Origin: a virus
Strand: one strand, 5' to 3'
IMG/VR virus record: IMGVR_UViG_3300025592_000024
DNA: 44,408 bases
The translations under genes and the position numbers were made by a program. The notes below the pieces were generated by a model that made no database searches, was not told the DNA's origin, and worked only from the letters and a program-made list of their open reading frames with translations. Each line of letters starts with the position of its first letter. The stretch's first letter is position 1. Positions 1-8,142 of this stretch are shown piece after piece.

Positions 1-2
1 TA

Positions 3-332
3 TTGAATGAAGGCACGGTATCTTCAAAGCAAATTAATGCTCTTGGAAATGGTATAGCAGATGGTGCTGAAAAGGCTAGAGATACTACTGAGGATAAGTT
101 AATAAAGTCTGCGATTAATAAACTCAAAGGAAGTAATGTAACCTATGATAGGTATAAGGTTGTTACTGCTCATGGGAAAACGAAAAAAATTCCTGCTACT
201 AAGGGTAAAATTGTAGATGTGAGATTTTATTATTTTGGGTCAGTTCCTAGCTTTGATTTTGACATAGAGTATATAGATGAAGATGGTAAAAAGAAAATTA
301 ACTATAAAGTCAAAAGTACGTACATATTGTAA
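3..332 (+). CDS. hypothetical phage protein, likely 5'-truncated by the window edge
   Basis: 109-aa ORF at the window start; no recognisable motif. Confidence 0.6.
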   Translation: MNEGTVSSKQINALGNGIADGAEKARDTTEDKLIKSAINKLKGSNVTYDRYKVVTAHGKTKKIPATKGKIVDVRFYYFGSVPSFDFDIEYIDEDGKKKINYKVKSTYIL

Positions 333-425
333 GAACTGAAACTAAACATAGCTTTTTATTATTAGGAGAAATATTATGATAAAGCTTATACTTTTTCAGT
401 TTATGGGATTAAAAAAAAGTTTTGT

Positions 426-433
426 ATATTTAT
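426..433 (+). promoter_or_regulatory. ATATTTAT box, candidate late promoter. Further copies at 1012, 6638, 9375, 14535, 29209, 32460, 35981 and 41959 (+), and 14461 and 41933 (-)
   Basis: Same octamer in intergenic DNA about 20-90 nt upstream of start codons, always on the strand of the downstream gene; a gp55-like sigma factor is encoded in the window. Confidence 0.6.
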
Positions 434-461
434 AATCATATAACTATAGGATATAAATAAA

Positions 462-758
462 ATGAAAATAACTAAAACACAATTAAGAGAAATGATTAGA
501 GAGGAAATCCAAGCACAGAGTAAGTCCATGAGTCAGGAATTTAAAACATCATTTAAAGAATCTGTAAATGAAGCTAAAGCACTTTCTAAGATGAATACTG
601 ATGAACTCATCAAGCATTGGGAAAAAGAATCAAAAACTGTAGAAATGATGAAAGATAAAAAACAAATTGATAAAACTGCATATAGAGTTGAGAGTGGAAA
701 AATAGCAAGAATATTAAATTATTTAGGGGGACTCAAGAAGGATATGAGTGGCAATTAA
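462..758 (+). CDS. small phage protein with N-terminal MKITKTQLREMIREEI motif
   Basis: ORF with AGGA RBS and upstream ATATTTAT box. Confidence 0.75.
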   Translation: MKITKTQLREMIREEIQAQSKSMSQEFKTSFKESVNEAKALSKMNTDELIKHWEKESKTVEMMKDKKQIDKTAYRVESGKIARILNYLGGLKKDMSGN

Positions 759-936
759 GGAATTTTTATTCTGCTCACTACTGGTGTGGCAAATAGGAAT
801 AATAATCTACATCCTGCAGGAACTCAATGAAGCGGATGAAGATAGCGTATCGGACACAGATGAAAAACAGTATATCAAAGGTGAAGATGGATTCTTTTTA
901 AGAAATTTTAAAAGAAATGAAAAGTTATATATATAG
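748..936 (+). CDS. possible small membrane protein
   Basis: GTG start, one hydrophobic segment then an acidic tail; overlaps the previous stop. Confidence 0.4.
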   Translation: MAIKEFLFCSLLVWQIGIIIYILQELNEADEDSVSDTDEKQYIKGEDGFFLRNFKRNEKLYI

Positions 937-1033
937 AAAGAAGTGAACTTGATAATATAATGAAAGGATTAAAACAAGCGCGATAATAACTATAATATTA
1001 TCACGTGGAGTATATTTATTCCATTAAAAAGAC

Positions 1034-1062
1034 TTGACTTTAACACAATAAAGTCGTATATT
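1034..1062 (+). promoter_or_regulatory. sigma70-type early promoter TTGACT-N17-TATATT
   Basis: Near-consensus hexamers, 17-nt spacer, 8 nt before ATG 1071. Confidence 0.8.
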
Positions 1063-1070
1063 AAAAGGTT

Positions 1071-1745
1071 ATGAAGAAAATACAAATAATAGCAGTATCG
1101 GATAATCATTGTGATTATTCATTTGATGTACCTGAAATTTCAGATGATGTTACTTCGGTGCTAGTACATGCAGGTGATGCAACATACACAGATAAACCAA
1201 CTGAACTTCAAGATTTCATATATTGGATGAAAGGCCAAACACAGTTTGACTATAAACTTTGGATTGCTGGAAATCACTCCTTAGGGATTGAAGATTTTCC
1301 GTATAACGCAGAAGTCATAGATAATGAATGTGATTCTATGTACATACACGATACAGTAGTAGAGATAGAAGGACTTAAATTCTTCGGTAGTAACTTCACA
1401 CCCGAATTTAATAATTGGGCATTCAATCTTACAGAAAGACAATCAAAAATATTTTGGGAGAATGCACCAGAAGCTGATGTTGTAGTTTGTCATGGCCCCC
1501 CATATAAAGTTTTAGATTCAGTTACACCAGAATATAAACACGAAAGACCATTAGGTTGTATTCACTTTAAAAATTATTTAGAACGAGTTAAACCTAAAGT
1601 TGCAATGTTCGGCCATATCCACGGTTCGGGTGGAATGAAAGAAACAATCAAATGGAATGATGATAGTGTGACTGAATGTTTTAACGTTTCTGTGATGAAC
1701 GAGCAATATAAACTAACAAATCCAGTAACCATTATAGAGATATAG
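1071..1745 (+). CDS. calcineurin-like metallophosphoesterase
   Basis: Ordered motifs SDNH, HAGD, AGNH, CHGPP, FGHIH. Confidence 0.9.
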   Translation: MKKIQIIAVSDNHCDYSFDVPEISDDVTSVLVHAGDATYTDKPTELQDFIYWMKGQTQFDYKLWIAGNHSLGIEDFPYNAEVIDNECDSMYIHDTVVEIEGLKFFGSNFTPEFNNWAFNLTERQSKIFWENAPEADVVVCHGPPYKVLDSVTPEYKHERPLGCIHFKNYLERVKPKVAMFGHIHGSGGMKETIKWNDDSVTECFNVSVMNEQYKLTNPVTIIEI

Positions 1746-2174
1746 ATGCCAAAATACACTCACGTAGATAAGGGATTAGATTTACTAAAGTGTATAGGTG
1801 TAATTAAAAAGTTTAAGTATTATACGAACACTGATTCCTATACTGTATTTGGAGACTTACAAATCCCAGGAATTAAACATAAAATTTATAATGCCGATGA
1901 ACTTTCTAAATTAAGTGCAAGTGAATTATACGCACGAATAATTGTAGATTTTAACATGAATGAAGATGATAATCATAAAGGTTTTTTCTACAAAGTAAAA
2001 AATAAATTGAAAAAGTTAAGTAATGCTATCATTAATTGCGGAGCGGCATATTGGAGTGAAGACCATACGCTTGAAATCTATAATATAATGAATAGACTAA
2101 TAAATGATGGAGAGATAAGTCGCTCTGAAATGTTACGGTGTAATGAATTATGGAAAAAATACAAAGATGAGTAA
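1746..2174 (+). CDS. hypothetical protein
   Basis: Starts immediately after the previous stop; C-terminal EMLRCNELWKKY motif. Confidence 0.7.
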   Translation: MPKYTHVDKGLDLLKCIGVIKKFKYYTNTDSYTVFGDLQIPGIKHKIYNADELSKLSASELYARIIVDFNMNEDDNHKGFFYKVKNKLKKLSNAIINCGAAYWSEDHTLEIYNIMNRLINDGEISRSEMLRCNELWKKYKDE

Positions 2175-2424
2175 GGTAATTATATTATCAACTCCATCAT
2201 TTAATGATAATTGGGTATATACTATGTTTAAACAAAATACTATAACAGAGAAATTAGATAAGTTATTACGAAGAATTATATTCACTACTTCTTCGTCTCA
2301 AACACTAGTTGAACGAAGTGATATTCTTCGGGTTAAGTCTATGATTGGATGTTATCCAACTACACAAATTAGAGAAAGAGATATGATAGAATGTAATAGG
2401 CTTTGGAAAAAATATTCAAAATAA
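2167..2424 (+). CDS. hypothetical protein sharing a C-terminal motif with the upstream gene
   Basis: Start moved to ATG 2167, which overlaps the upstream stop; ends DMIECNRLWKKY. Confidence 0.65.
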   Translation: MSKVIILSTPSFNDNWVYTMFKQNTITEKLDKLLRRIIFTTSSSQTLVERSDILRVKSMIGCYPTTQIRERDMIECNRLWKKYSK

Positions 2425-2427
2425 TCC

Positions 2428-2456
2428 TTTACTTTGTCGTTTATTATGTGTAGATT
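2428..2456 (+). promoter_or_regulatory. sigma70-type promoter TTTACT-N17-TAGATT
   Basis: Intergenic, 17-nt spacer, 8 nt before ATG 2465. Confidence 0.6.
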
Positions 2457-2464
2457 TAGGTGTT

Positions 2465-2599
2465 ATGAGAGATAAAAAAACAAACAAAAGATATAATCCA
2501 AAAGTTGAATTTGATAAAGTTATGAACTCTATCTGGTTTAAGAAGATTGTAATTCGAATGGGCTCAGAAGTTAATATTAAAAAAACGTTGGTGGACTAA
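2465..2599 (+). CDS. 44-aa hypothetical protein (not in ORF track)
   Basis: MRDKKTNKRYNPKVEFDKVMNSIWFKK...; AGGTG RBS; TAATG overlap with the next gene. Confidence 0.6.
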   Translation: MRDKKTNKRYNPKVEFDKVMNSIWFKKIVIRMGSEVNIKKTLVD

Positions 2600-2877
2600 T
2601 GAAAAATGATAAAGAAAAATACTATGTTGATTGTGAATGTGGCTGTTCAACTATAAGAATAACCCTTTGGAAAGATTGGACTGACGATATAGAAATCTCA
2701 ATGATGAGATATAGTAATTGGGGAAGCTCAACTTTGAGACAACGAGTATCTTATATTTGGAGAGCACTATGGCACGGTGAGTTAAGTGCAGATAGTATTC
2801 TGTTAAATAAGCAACAAACTAAATTATTAGCCGCACAATTAAATAAATTTCACAAACAAATGAAAAAAACTACTTGA
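2599..2877 (+). CDS. hypothetical protein
   Basis: Translationally coupled 92-aa ORF with CECGC motif. Confidence 0.7.
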   Translation: MKNDKEKYYVDCECGCSTIRITLWKDWTDDIEISMMRYSNWGSSTLRQRVSYIWRALWHGELSADSILLNKQQTKLLAAQLNKFHKQMKKTT

Positions 2878-2902
2878 TTTTAACAAAAATATGTTGTATA
2901 TT
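2874..2902 (+). promoter_or_regulatory. sigma70-type promoter TTGATT-N17-TATATT
   Basis: 17-nt spacer, upstream of ORF 2929. Confidence 0.75.
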
Positions 2903-2928
2903 ATAGGGTGACTAAATAAAGGCTACAA

Positions 2929-3291
2929 ATGAAAAAATACACATTAACAATAAATGAAAAACAACTCGATATTTTAAATCGAGCAACTCACTCATTAATG
3001 AGACAGTTAGTTGGTCAGTTAAAATATGCATTGGATGATATTACATGGGATGATAAATCATTAGAAAAGTTAAATGATAAACAACGTGAATTATTAAAAA
3101 CGTTAGATTCTGATTATGATTACAATCAAATGTTTGGACATACTGAAGATAGTGAATTAGCGTATGATTTACATCAAGTGTTGCGTCATCAACAATGGCT
3201 AGAGAATTTCGATAGAAACGAACACGTGGTTAGTTCTCACGTTACACAATTTGGAAAAACTGAATTAGCAAAATTAGAGGTGGTAAAATGA
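2929..3291 (+). CDS. hypothetical protein
   Basis: 120-aa ORF behind a promoter. Confidence 0.7.
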   Translation: MKKYTLTINEKQLDILNRATHSLMRQLVGQLKYALDDITWDDKSLEKLNDKQRELLKTLDSDYDYNQMFGHTEDSELAYDLHQVLRHQQWLENFDRNEHVVSSHVTQFGKTELAKLEVVK

Positions 3292-3458
3292 ATTTCCCGG
3301 AAATAAATAATACAGAAGATATGGATAAAGAAGTATCAGTATCACAGTGGGATTTGATAGCAGTAGCAGAAACATTCCAACGTAAAGGATTTTACTTTGG
3401 TATATTCTCTGGACTTGGATTAGTTGGATTATTCACATTAATTAGGAGTTTGATATAA
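3288..3458 (+). CDS. 56-aa membrane protein (not in ORF track)
   Basis: ATGA and TAATG overlaps with both neighbours; C-terminal hydrophobic GFYFGIFSGLGLVGLFTLI. Confidence 0.65.
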   Translation: MNFPEINNTEDMDKEVSVSQWDLIAVAETFQRKGFYFGIFSGLGLVGLFTLIRSLI

Positions 3459-3784
3459 TGAAAAAAATAGTAATAAACAGATGTTTTGGTGGATTTGGAT
3501 TGTCGGATTTGGCTATTGAAAAATATGCTGATTTGTCTGGTATAGAATTAGAGTTGACCGCTAAAGATGATAAGTTTGGTGTTGGTAAGTATACATTTTT
3601 TGTGTGGGATTTGAACCGTGATGATGAAAATTTAGTAAAAGTAGTTGAAAAGTTGGGTGAAGATGCTAACGGACGTTATTCAGCATTAGATGTGTTAGAA
3701 ATACCTGATGATGTTGATTGGGATATATATGATTATGATGGAGTTGAATTCATCTATGATAAAAATAGAGTATGGGGGCTGTAA
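3458..3784 (+). CDS. conserved phage hypothetical protein (KIVINRCFGGFGLS type)
   Basis: N-terminal motif I recognise from many phage proteins; AGGAG RBS. Confidence 0.75.
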   Translation: MKKIVINRCFGGFGLSDLAIEKYADLSGIELELTAKDDKFGVGKYTFFVWDLNRDDENLVKVVEKLGEDANGRYSALDVLEIPDDVDWDIYDYDGVEFIYDKNRVWGL

Positions 3785-4095
3785 TGAAAAAAGAATATGG
3801 TACACATCTCAATATTATTTTAAACACAATGTGTTTATTTGCAGGAGTAAATTATAATGATATTGATATGCAAGAAGATAATTGGTTCTTTAAACATACT
3901 TGGTCTGAAGAAACAGAAAAAGAATTCAAACATTGGATGGTTAATTACTTGCATAAAATAAAACCAGCACAACGAGAAGTATGTGATAGTAGTTATATGA
4001 AAAAAGCTGATTGTGAAAGAGCAGTTGATATGTTTCTTTTGAATTATTCTTGGTGTAGTAAACAGCCGGAGTGGTATTTAAATGAAAAAAAGTAA
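3784..4095 (+). CDS. hypothetical protein
   Basis: Start moved to ATG 3784 (TAATG coupling). Confidence 0.7.
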   Translation: MKKEYGTHLNIILNTMCLFAGVNYNDIDMQEDNWFFKHTWSEETEKEFKHWMVNYLHKIKPAQREVCDSSYMKKADCERAVDMFLLNYSWCSKQPEWYLNEKK

Positions 4096-4273
4096 CGGTA
4101 CACATTATATAAATTGCTATAATCAAAAAACAGAAAAGCGTGAGATGTACGAAGTACCTTATGATGTATCCGTTTATGTTAAACAATTGGAAATGAAAAT
4201 AAAATATCCTGACAATTCAAAATTAACAAGGTTGTTTCCAGAATTAAAAGAGAGAGATTATGATGGTTATTAG
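4082..4273 (+). CDS. hypothetical protein
   Basis: 63-aa ORF overlapping the upstream gene end. Confidence 0.6.
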   Translation: MKKSNGTHYINCYNQKTEKREMYEVPYDVSVYVKQLEMKIKYPDNSKLTRLFPELKERDYDGY

Positions 4274-4296
4274 AGATGAAATAAAGGAGAAACAAA

Positions 4297-4740
4297 ATGG
4301 AAAATAGAGAAATGTTGTATGATAAAGATGCAAAATGTGATAACTGTGGAAAATTAGGTGCACATGATTTCATGGGGGATTACTTTTGTAAATTCTGTGC
4401 GTGTCTATCTTACACAGAACCAGATGATACAATACCAAAAGTAGGACTTGATGCTTACACTGAACTTGGTGAATCACACGAAGCCCACGTAAGACAAATT
4501 AAAAAATTAGAAGAAGAGTTAATTTTCTACAAACGTATAGATTGTGAAGGAATAGATTTAACGGATGGCAAGGGTAAAATTATGTATCTCGAAGAATCTC
4601 AGCACAGTGACCCATTGTTTTATAAACAAGACATATTAGAATTAATCAAGTGGATTCAAGATACTCAAAGTGAGATGGACTTGGGAATCAAATCTGCGAA
4701 GGAAATATTAAAGGAGTATTATGCAGACAGTAGCGATTGA
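4297..4740 (+). CDS. hypothetical protein with N-terminal Cys cluster (CDNC...CKFC)
   Basis: AAGGAG RBS; two CxxC pairs. Confidence 0.7.
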   Translation: MENREMLYDKDAKCDNCGKLGAHDFMGDYFCKFCACLSYTEPDDTIPKVGLDAYTELGESHEAHVRQIKKLEEELIFYKRIDCEGIDLTDGKGKIMYLEESQHSDPLFYKQDILELIKWIQDTQSEMDLGIKSAKEILKEYYADSSD

Positions 4741-5014
4741 AGAATTAGTACCGTTTATGAACGAAACTAAAATAACTGAAAGGACATTTATAGATTATGG
4801 ATTTGATCGAACAGATGTATCTACAGAAGAAAGTGGGGAAGTAGAACCATCATATTACTATACATATGAGTTTGGTGATTCATACGACCCAGTATTAATG
4901 TCCAATGAAGATTTTTCAGGTGTCAATATTTTCAACCTTACTGAAGATTATAAAACTTGGCACACCGAGGGTGAAATGGTTTTGTTATTTATGTTGTTTC
5001 TAAAAGAAGATTAA
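4721..5014 (+). CDS. acidic hypothetical protein
   Basis: AAGGAG RBS; 97 aa. Confidence 0.65.
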   Translation: MQTVAIEELVPFMNETKITERTFIDYGFDRTDVSTEESGEVEPSYYYTYEFGDSYDPVLMSNEDFSGVNIFNLTEDYKTWHTEGEMVLLFMLFLKED

Positions 5015-5022
5015 TAAAGTAA

Positions 5023-5051
5023 TTGACATTACCAAATATTTGTCGTATATT
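5023..5051 (+). promoter_or_regulatory. sigma70-type promoter TTGACA-N17-TATATT
   Basis: Perfect -35 box, 17-nt spacer, upstream of the 5081/ligase unit. Confidence 0.85.
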
Positions 5052-5080
5052 ACGTCGTAACAAAAAAGGAAAAACAACAA

Positions 5081-5278
5081 ATGTATTATTCATATTACAT
5101 ACAATTTAGACGAGATAGAGGGGATACTGAAAGTATTTATTTTATTACAGCACTTGATCGCGATGAAGTAAGAGCATTTATACTGAATGAGTGGTTGACT
5201 GCACGTGGAGAAATATACTGTTTGACGCCTGTCGCTCAACCGGTGATTATAGATGAAAATTTAGAGTGGAATGTTTAA
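5081..5278 (+). CDS. hypothetical protein
   Basis: 65-aa ORF with AAGGA RBS. Confidence 0.6.
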   Translation: MYYSYYIQFRRDRGDTESIYFITALDRDEVRAFILNEWLTARGEIYCLTPVAQPVIIDENLEWNV

Positions 5279-6578
5279 AAGAAGAAAAATGAATACAGAA
5301 CATATACTAAGTGAATTAAAGGATATGACAATTGAGTTAAATTCTACAAATTCTAAAAATGATAAAATAGATATACTCTCAAAATATCCCACATTAAAAA
5401 ATGTGTTATTATATACATATGACCCATATAGAATGTTTGGAGTATCCCCTAAAAATTTACAAAAGAATTCTCATTTATTTGAGAACACTATCACGGATTT
5501 ATTTGAATTATTGGATATGTTATCTAACAGAGAAATTACTGGACATAAAGCAATATCAGTAACAAATGGATTTATAAAAACATATTCAGAATATAAAGAA
5601 TTGATTTATAATATATTGGAGAAGAATTTAAAAACTCGGACAGATGCCAAGGTAATCAATAAAGTATTTCCGGGTTTGATTCCAACATTTGATGTAGCAT
5701 TAGCTCACAAATACGAAGACCACGCTCACAAAATAAATTGGGATACAGAAGATTGGTATTGGACTCGTAAGTTAGATGGTGTGCGAGTTATTACACGTAA
5801 AGAAAACGGGGTGGTAACTTTTTATTCACGAAAGGGAAAAGAATTCCACACACTATCCAAAGTCAAAACAGCATTAGAAAATATGAGATTTAATAATTTT
5901 GTTTTAGATGGTGAAATGTGTATTGTTGATGATAACGGAAACGAAGATTTTACGGCGGTAGTAAGTCAAATTAGAAAAAAAGATTACACAATCGAAAATC
6001 CAAAATATATAGTGTTTGATTGCTTAACACTCGATGAATTTGATTCTAAAAAATCAGATGTAACATTGACCGAAAGAATGCCCTGGAATGATTTAGGTGT
6101 TTCTACTTACATAGAGCGATTAGAAATGACTCTCATTAAAAATGGTGAAGCTGAAATTATTGAATTGTTAGATATGGCGAATGATAAAGGTTGGGAAGGT
6201 ATTATGGTTCGTCGTGATTATGAGTATGAAGGTAAACGGACAAGAAATTTACTCAAAGTAAAGAAGATGTTTGATGCCGAATACAAAGTTATACGAGTAG
6301 AAACAGGACCGTTCAGAATTATTAGTAAAGAAACTGGGTTGGAAGAAACGATAGAAACATTAACCAATGTGATTATAGAGCATAAGGGTGAAGTAGTATC
6401 TGTTGGGTCTGGATTTAGTTTAGACCAACGACATAGATATTATAATGATAATAATTTAATTCTCGGAAAGGAAATAACTGTGCAGTATTTTGAAGAATCA
6501 ACTGATAAAACTGGGAAAATATCACTACGTTTCCCAACAGTAAAGCATGTATTTGAAGATGGTATTCGGGAAGTATAA
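5271..6578 (+). CDS. ATP-dependent DNA ligase
   Basis: Motif I KLDGVR, III VLDGEM, IIIa YIVFD, IV WEGIMVR, V LLKVKK, VI SLRFP; OB-fold VGSGF. Confidence 0.95.
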   Translation: MFKRRKMNTEHILSELKDMTIELNSTNSKNDKIDILSKYPTLKNVLLYTYDPYRMFGVSPKNLQKNSHLFENTITDLFELLDMLSNREITGHKAISVTNGFIKTYSEYKELIYNILEKNLKTRTDAKVINKVFPGLIPTFDVALAHKYEDHAHKINWDTEDWYWTRKLDGVRVITRKENGVVTFYSRKGKEFHTLSKVKTALENMRFNNFVLDGEMCIVDDNGNEDFTAVVSQIRKKDYTIENPKYIVFDCLTLDEFDSKKSDVTLTERMPWNDLGVSTYIERLEMTLIKNGEAEIIELLDMANDKGWEGIMVRRDYEYEGKRTRNLLKVKKMFDAEYKVIRVETGPFRIISKETGLEETIETLTNVIIEHKGEVVSVGSGFSLDQRHRYYNDNNLILGKEITVQYFEESTDKTGKISLRFPTVKHVFEDGIREV

Positions 6579-6682
6579 AAGTAAATTGATTAATTTTTAA
6601 TACCAACATTTATCTTGGTGTTTCGGTGTGGATTGATATATTTATTAAAGAATTTAATTTGAAAATAATAAGGAAGTAAAAA

Positions 6683-7681
6683 ATGGCAAAAAGAAAAAAA
6701 AGTTTAGAAAAAGTATTGGAATCTATGAGAACAACCAATATACCTAAACTAGATGTACCACCAGACTTGTGGGATGGTTGCGAATTCGAAGAAATTGATG
6801 ACATATCGGGGAAAACTAGAGAACAATATTTCTGTCAATACAATATAGAACAAGGTTCTAACTTTAGACCATCTTCTAAAACAATTGATATTTTACCACC
6901 TGGCTTATACAAGGCACAAGATGACCAATTCGGAAATTTTTTCAGTAAGGAAAGTTTGGATATTAGTGAATTGATTAGATTTCCAGATTCAATGGCAGAT
7001 ACCGTTATAGATGAGTTCGATACTTTCTGGACAATGAAGGATAGATATTTGGATCGTGGAGAACCACACAAACGTGGATTTCTTTTATGGGGCCCACCAG
7101 GTGGTGGTAAGACTTGTACTGTTTCCTTTATCATCAAAGATTTTATATCACAAGGAAATGTAGTATTTATATTTAATTACAATTTAATGAGTGCACTCCG
7201 ATCATTTAAAAATATAGAACCAGATAGGAAAGTACTTATCGTAATGGAAGATATTGATTCGCTAATTAAAGATAGGCATGAAGAACAGGCCGTATTAGAA
7301 TTCTTAGATGGTTCGATTCAACATTCAAATACTATTGTAATTGCTACGACGAACTACCCCGAAGATTTACCTGATAGAATAATCAACAGACCATCAAGGT
7401 TCGATAGAGTTTCTTATGTGGGCGTTCCTTCCCTGAAAGATAGAATACTTTATCTAACAGAGAAATCTAAAAATTTATCTAAACCACAAATTAAAGGTTG
7501 GGCTAAAGAAACTGATGGGTGGACACTCGCACATCTCAAAGAATTAATTATCGCAGTTGAGGTTTTCGATTTAGACTGCGATGATACAGTTGACCGGATT
7601 AATCTCATGCGAGCTAAACACGAGCACTCTGAGAGTTACGAAAAAGAATTTCGTGGGAAGAAAAGTACTGGGTTTGTATAA
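6683..7681 (+). CDS. AAA+ ATPase (BCS1-like)
   Basis: Walker A GPPGGGKT, Walker B IVMEDID, sensor ATTN, arginine finger RPSRFD. Confidence 0.9.
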   Translation: MAKRKKSLEKVLESMRTTNIPKLDVPPDLWDGCEFEEIDDISGKTREQYFCQYNIEQGSNFRPSSKTIDILPPGLYKAQDDQFGNFFSKESLDISELIRFPDSMADTVIDEFDTFWTMKDRYLDRGEPHKRGFLLWGPPGGGKTCTVSFIIKDFISQGNVVFIFNYNLMSALRSFKNIEPDRKVLIVMEDIDSLIKDRHEEQAVLEFLDGSIQHSNTIVIATTNYPEDLPDRIINRPSRFDRVSYVGVPSLKDRILYLTEKSKNLSKPQIKGWAKETDGWTLAHLKELIIAVEVFDLDCDDTVDRINLMRAKHEHSESYEKEFRGKKSTGFV

Positions 7682-7935
7682 TGGGTGACTGGGGTAGAGT
7701 GATAAAAAGGTATGATGATGGAACACCGTTCATACGTATAAAGAATGAACATCTACTACCGGAACGAAAAGGACAATGGAGTGGAATTTTAAAAGCCGCT
7801 ATGTTGTTTAGTCCATGGTTGGTATTCACAGTAGTATGGAATTTCAATTGGCCAGAAGCAACTCCTGTGGATGATGTATTCTTTGCAACTTGTTTTTATT
7901 TCTTTAATAGAAGTTTTATAAATCGGTTTAATTAA
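7681..7935 (+). CDS. small membrane protein
   Basis: TAATG coupling; two hydrophobic segments. Confidence 0.65.
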   Translation: MGDWGRVIKRYDDGTPFIRIKNEHLLPERKGQWSGILKAAMLFSPWLVFTVVWNFNWPEATPVDDVFFATCFYFFNRSFINRFN

Positions 7936-7936
7936 A

Positions 7937-8142
7937 ATGCCAATATATGATTACATTTACCAGTCATGTGGATTGCAAAAAGAAGTACTACAAGAAGAAA
8001 ACCCATTGACCCATTATGTCCAACGTGTTGCTATAATCATGAAATTCAAGGTGATGTCGAAATAATGAAATTGGATAATTCAAAATGGCCATTTGGGAGA
8101 ACTGGATTCTTAAACAAGAAAATGAAAATGAAAACAAAATAA
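7937..8142 (+). pseudogene. frameshifted FmdB-family zinc-ribbon gene
   Basis: Frame 1 reads MPIYDYIYQSCG... and stops at 8065. A shifted frame continues RRKPIDPLCPTCC...KTK and stops at 8140-8142, flush with the next ATG. The span is 206 nt, one short of 69 codons. Confidence 0.7.

Noticed and set aside
376-435. 19-aa MIKLILFQ... mini-ORF with AGGAG RBS
   Set aside because: Too short to support; could be a remnant of an MIKL-leader gene but overlaps the late box and has no other evidence
7991-8003. Programmed -1 frameshift in the FmdB-like gene
   Set aside because: No X-XXY-YYZ heptamer or clear stimulatory stem, and a conserved Cys is also lost, which favours decay or error
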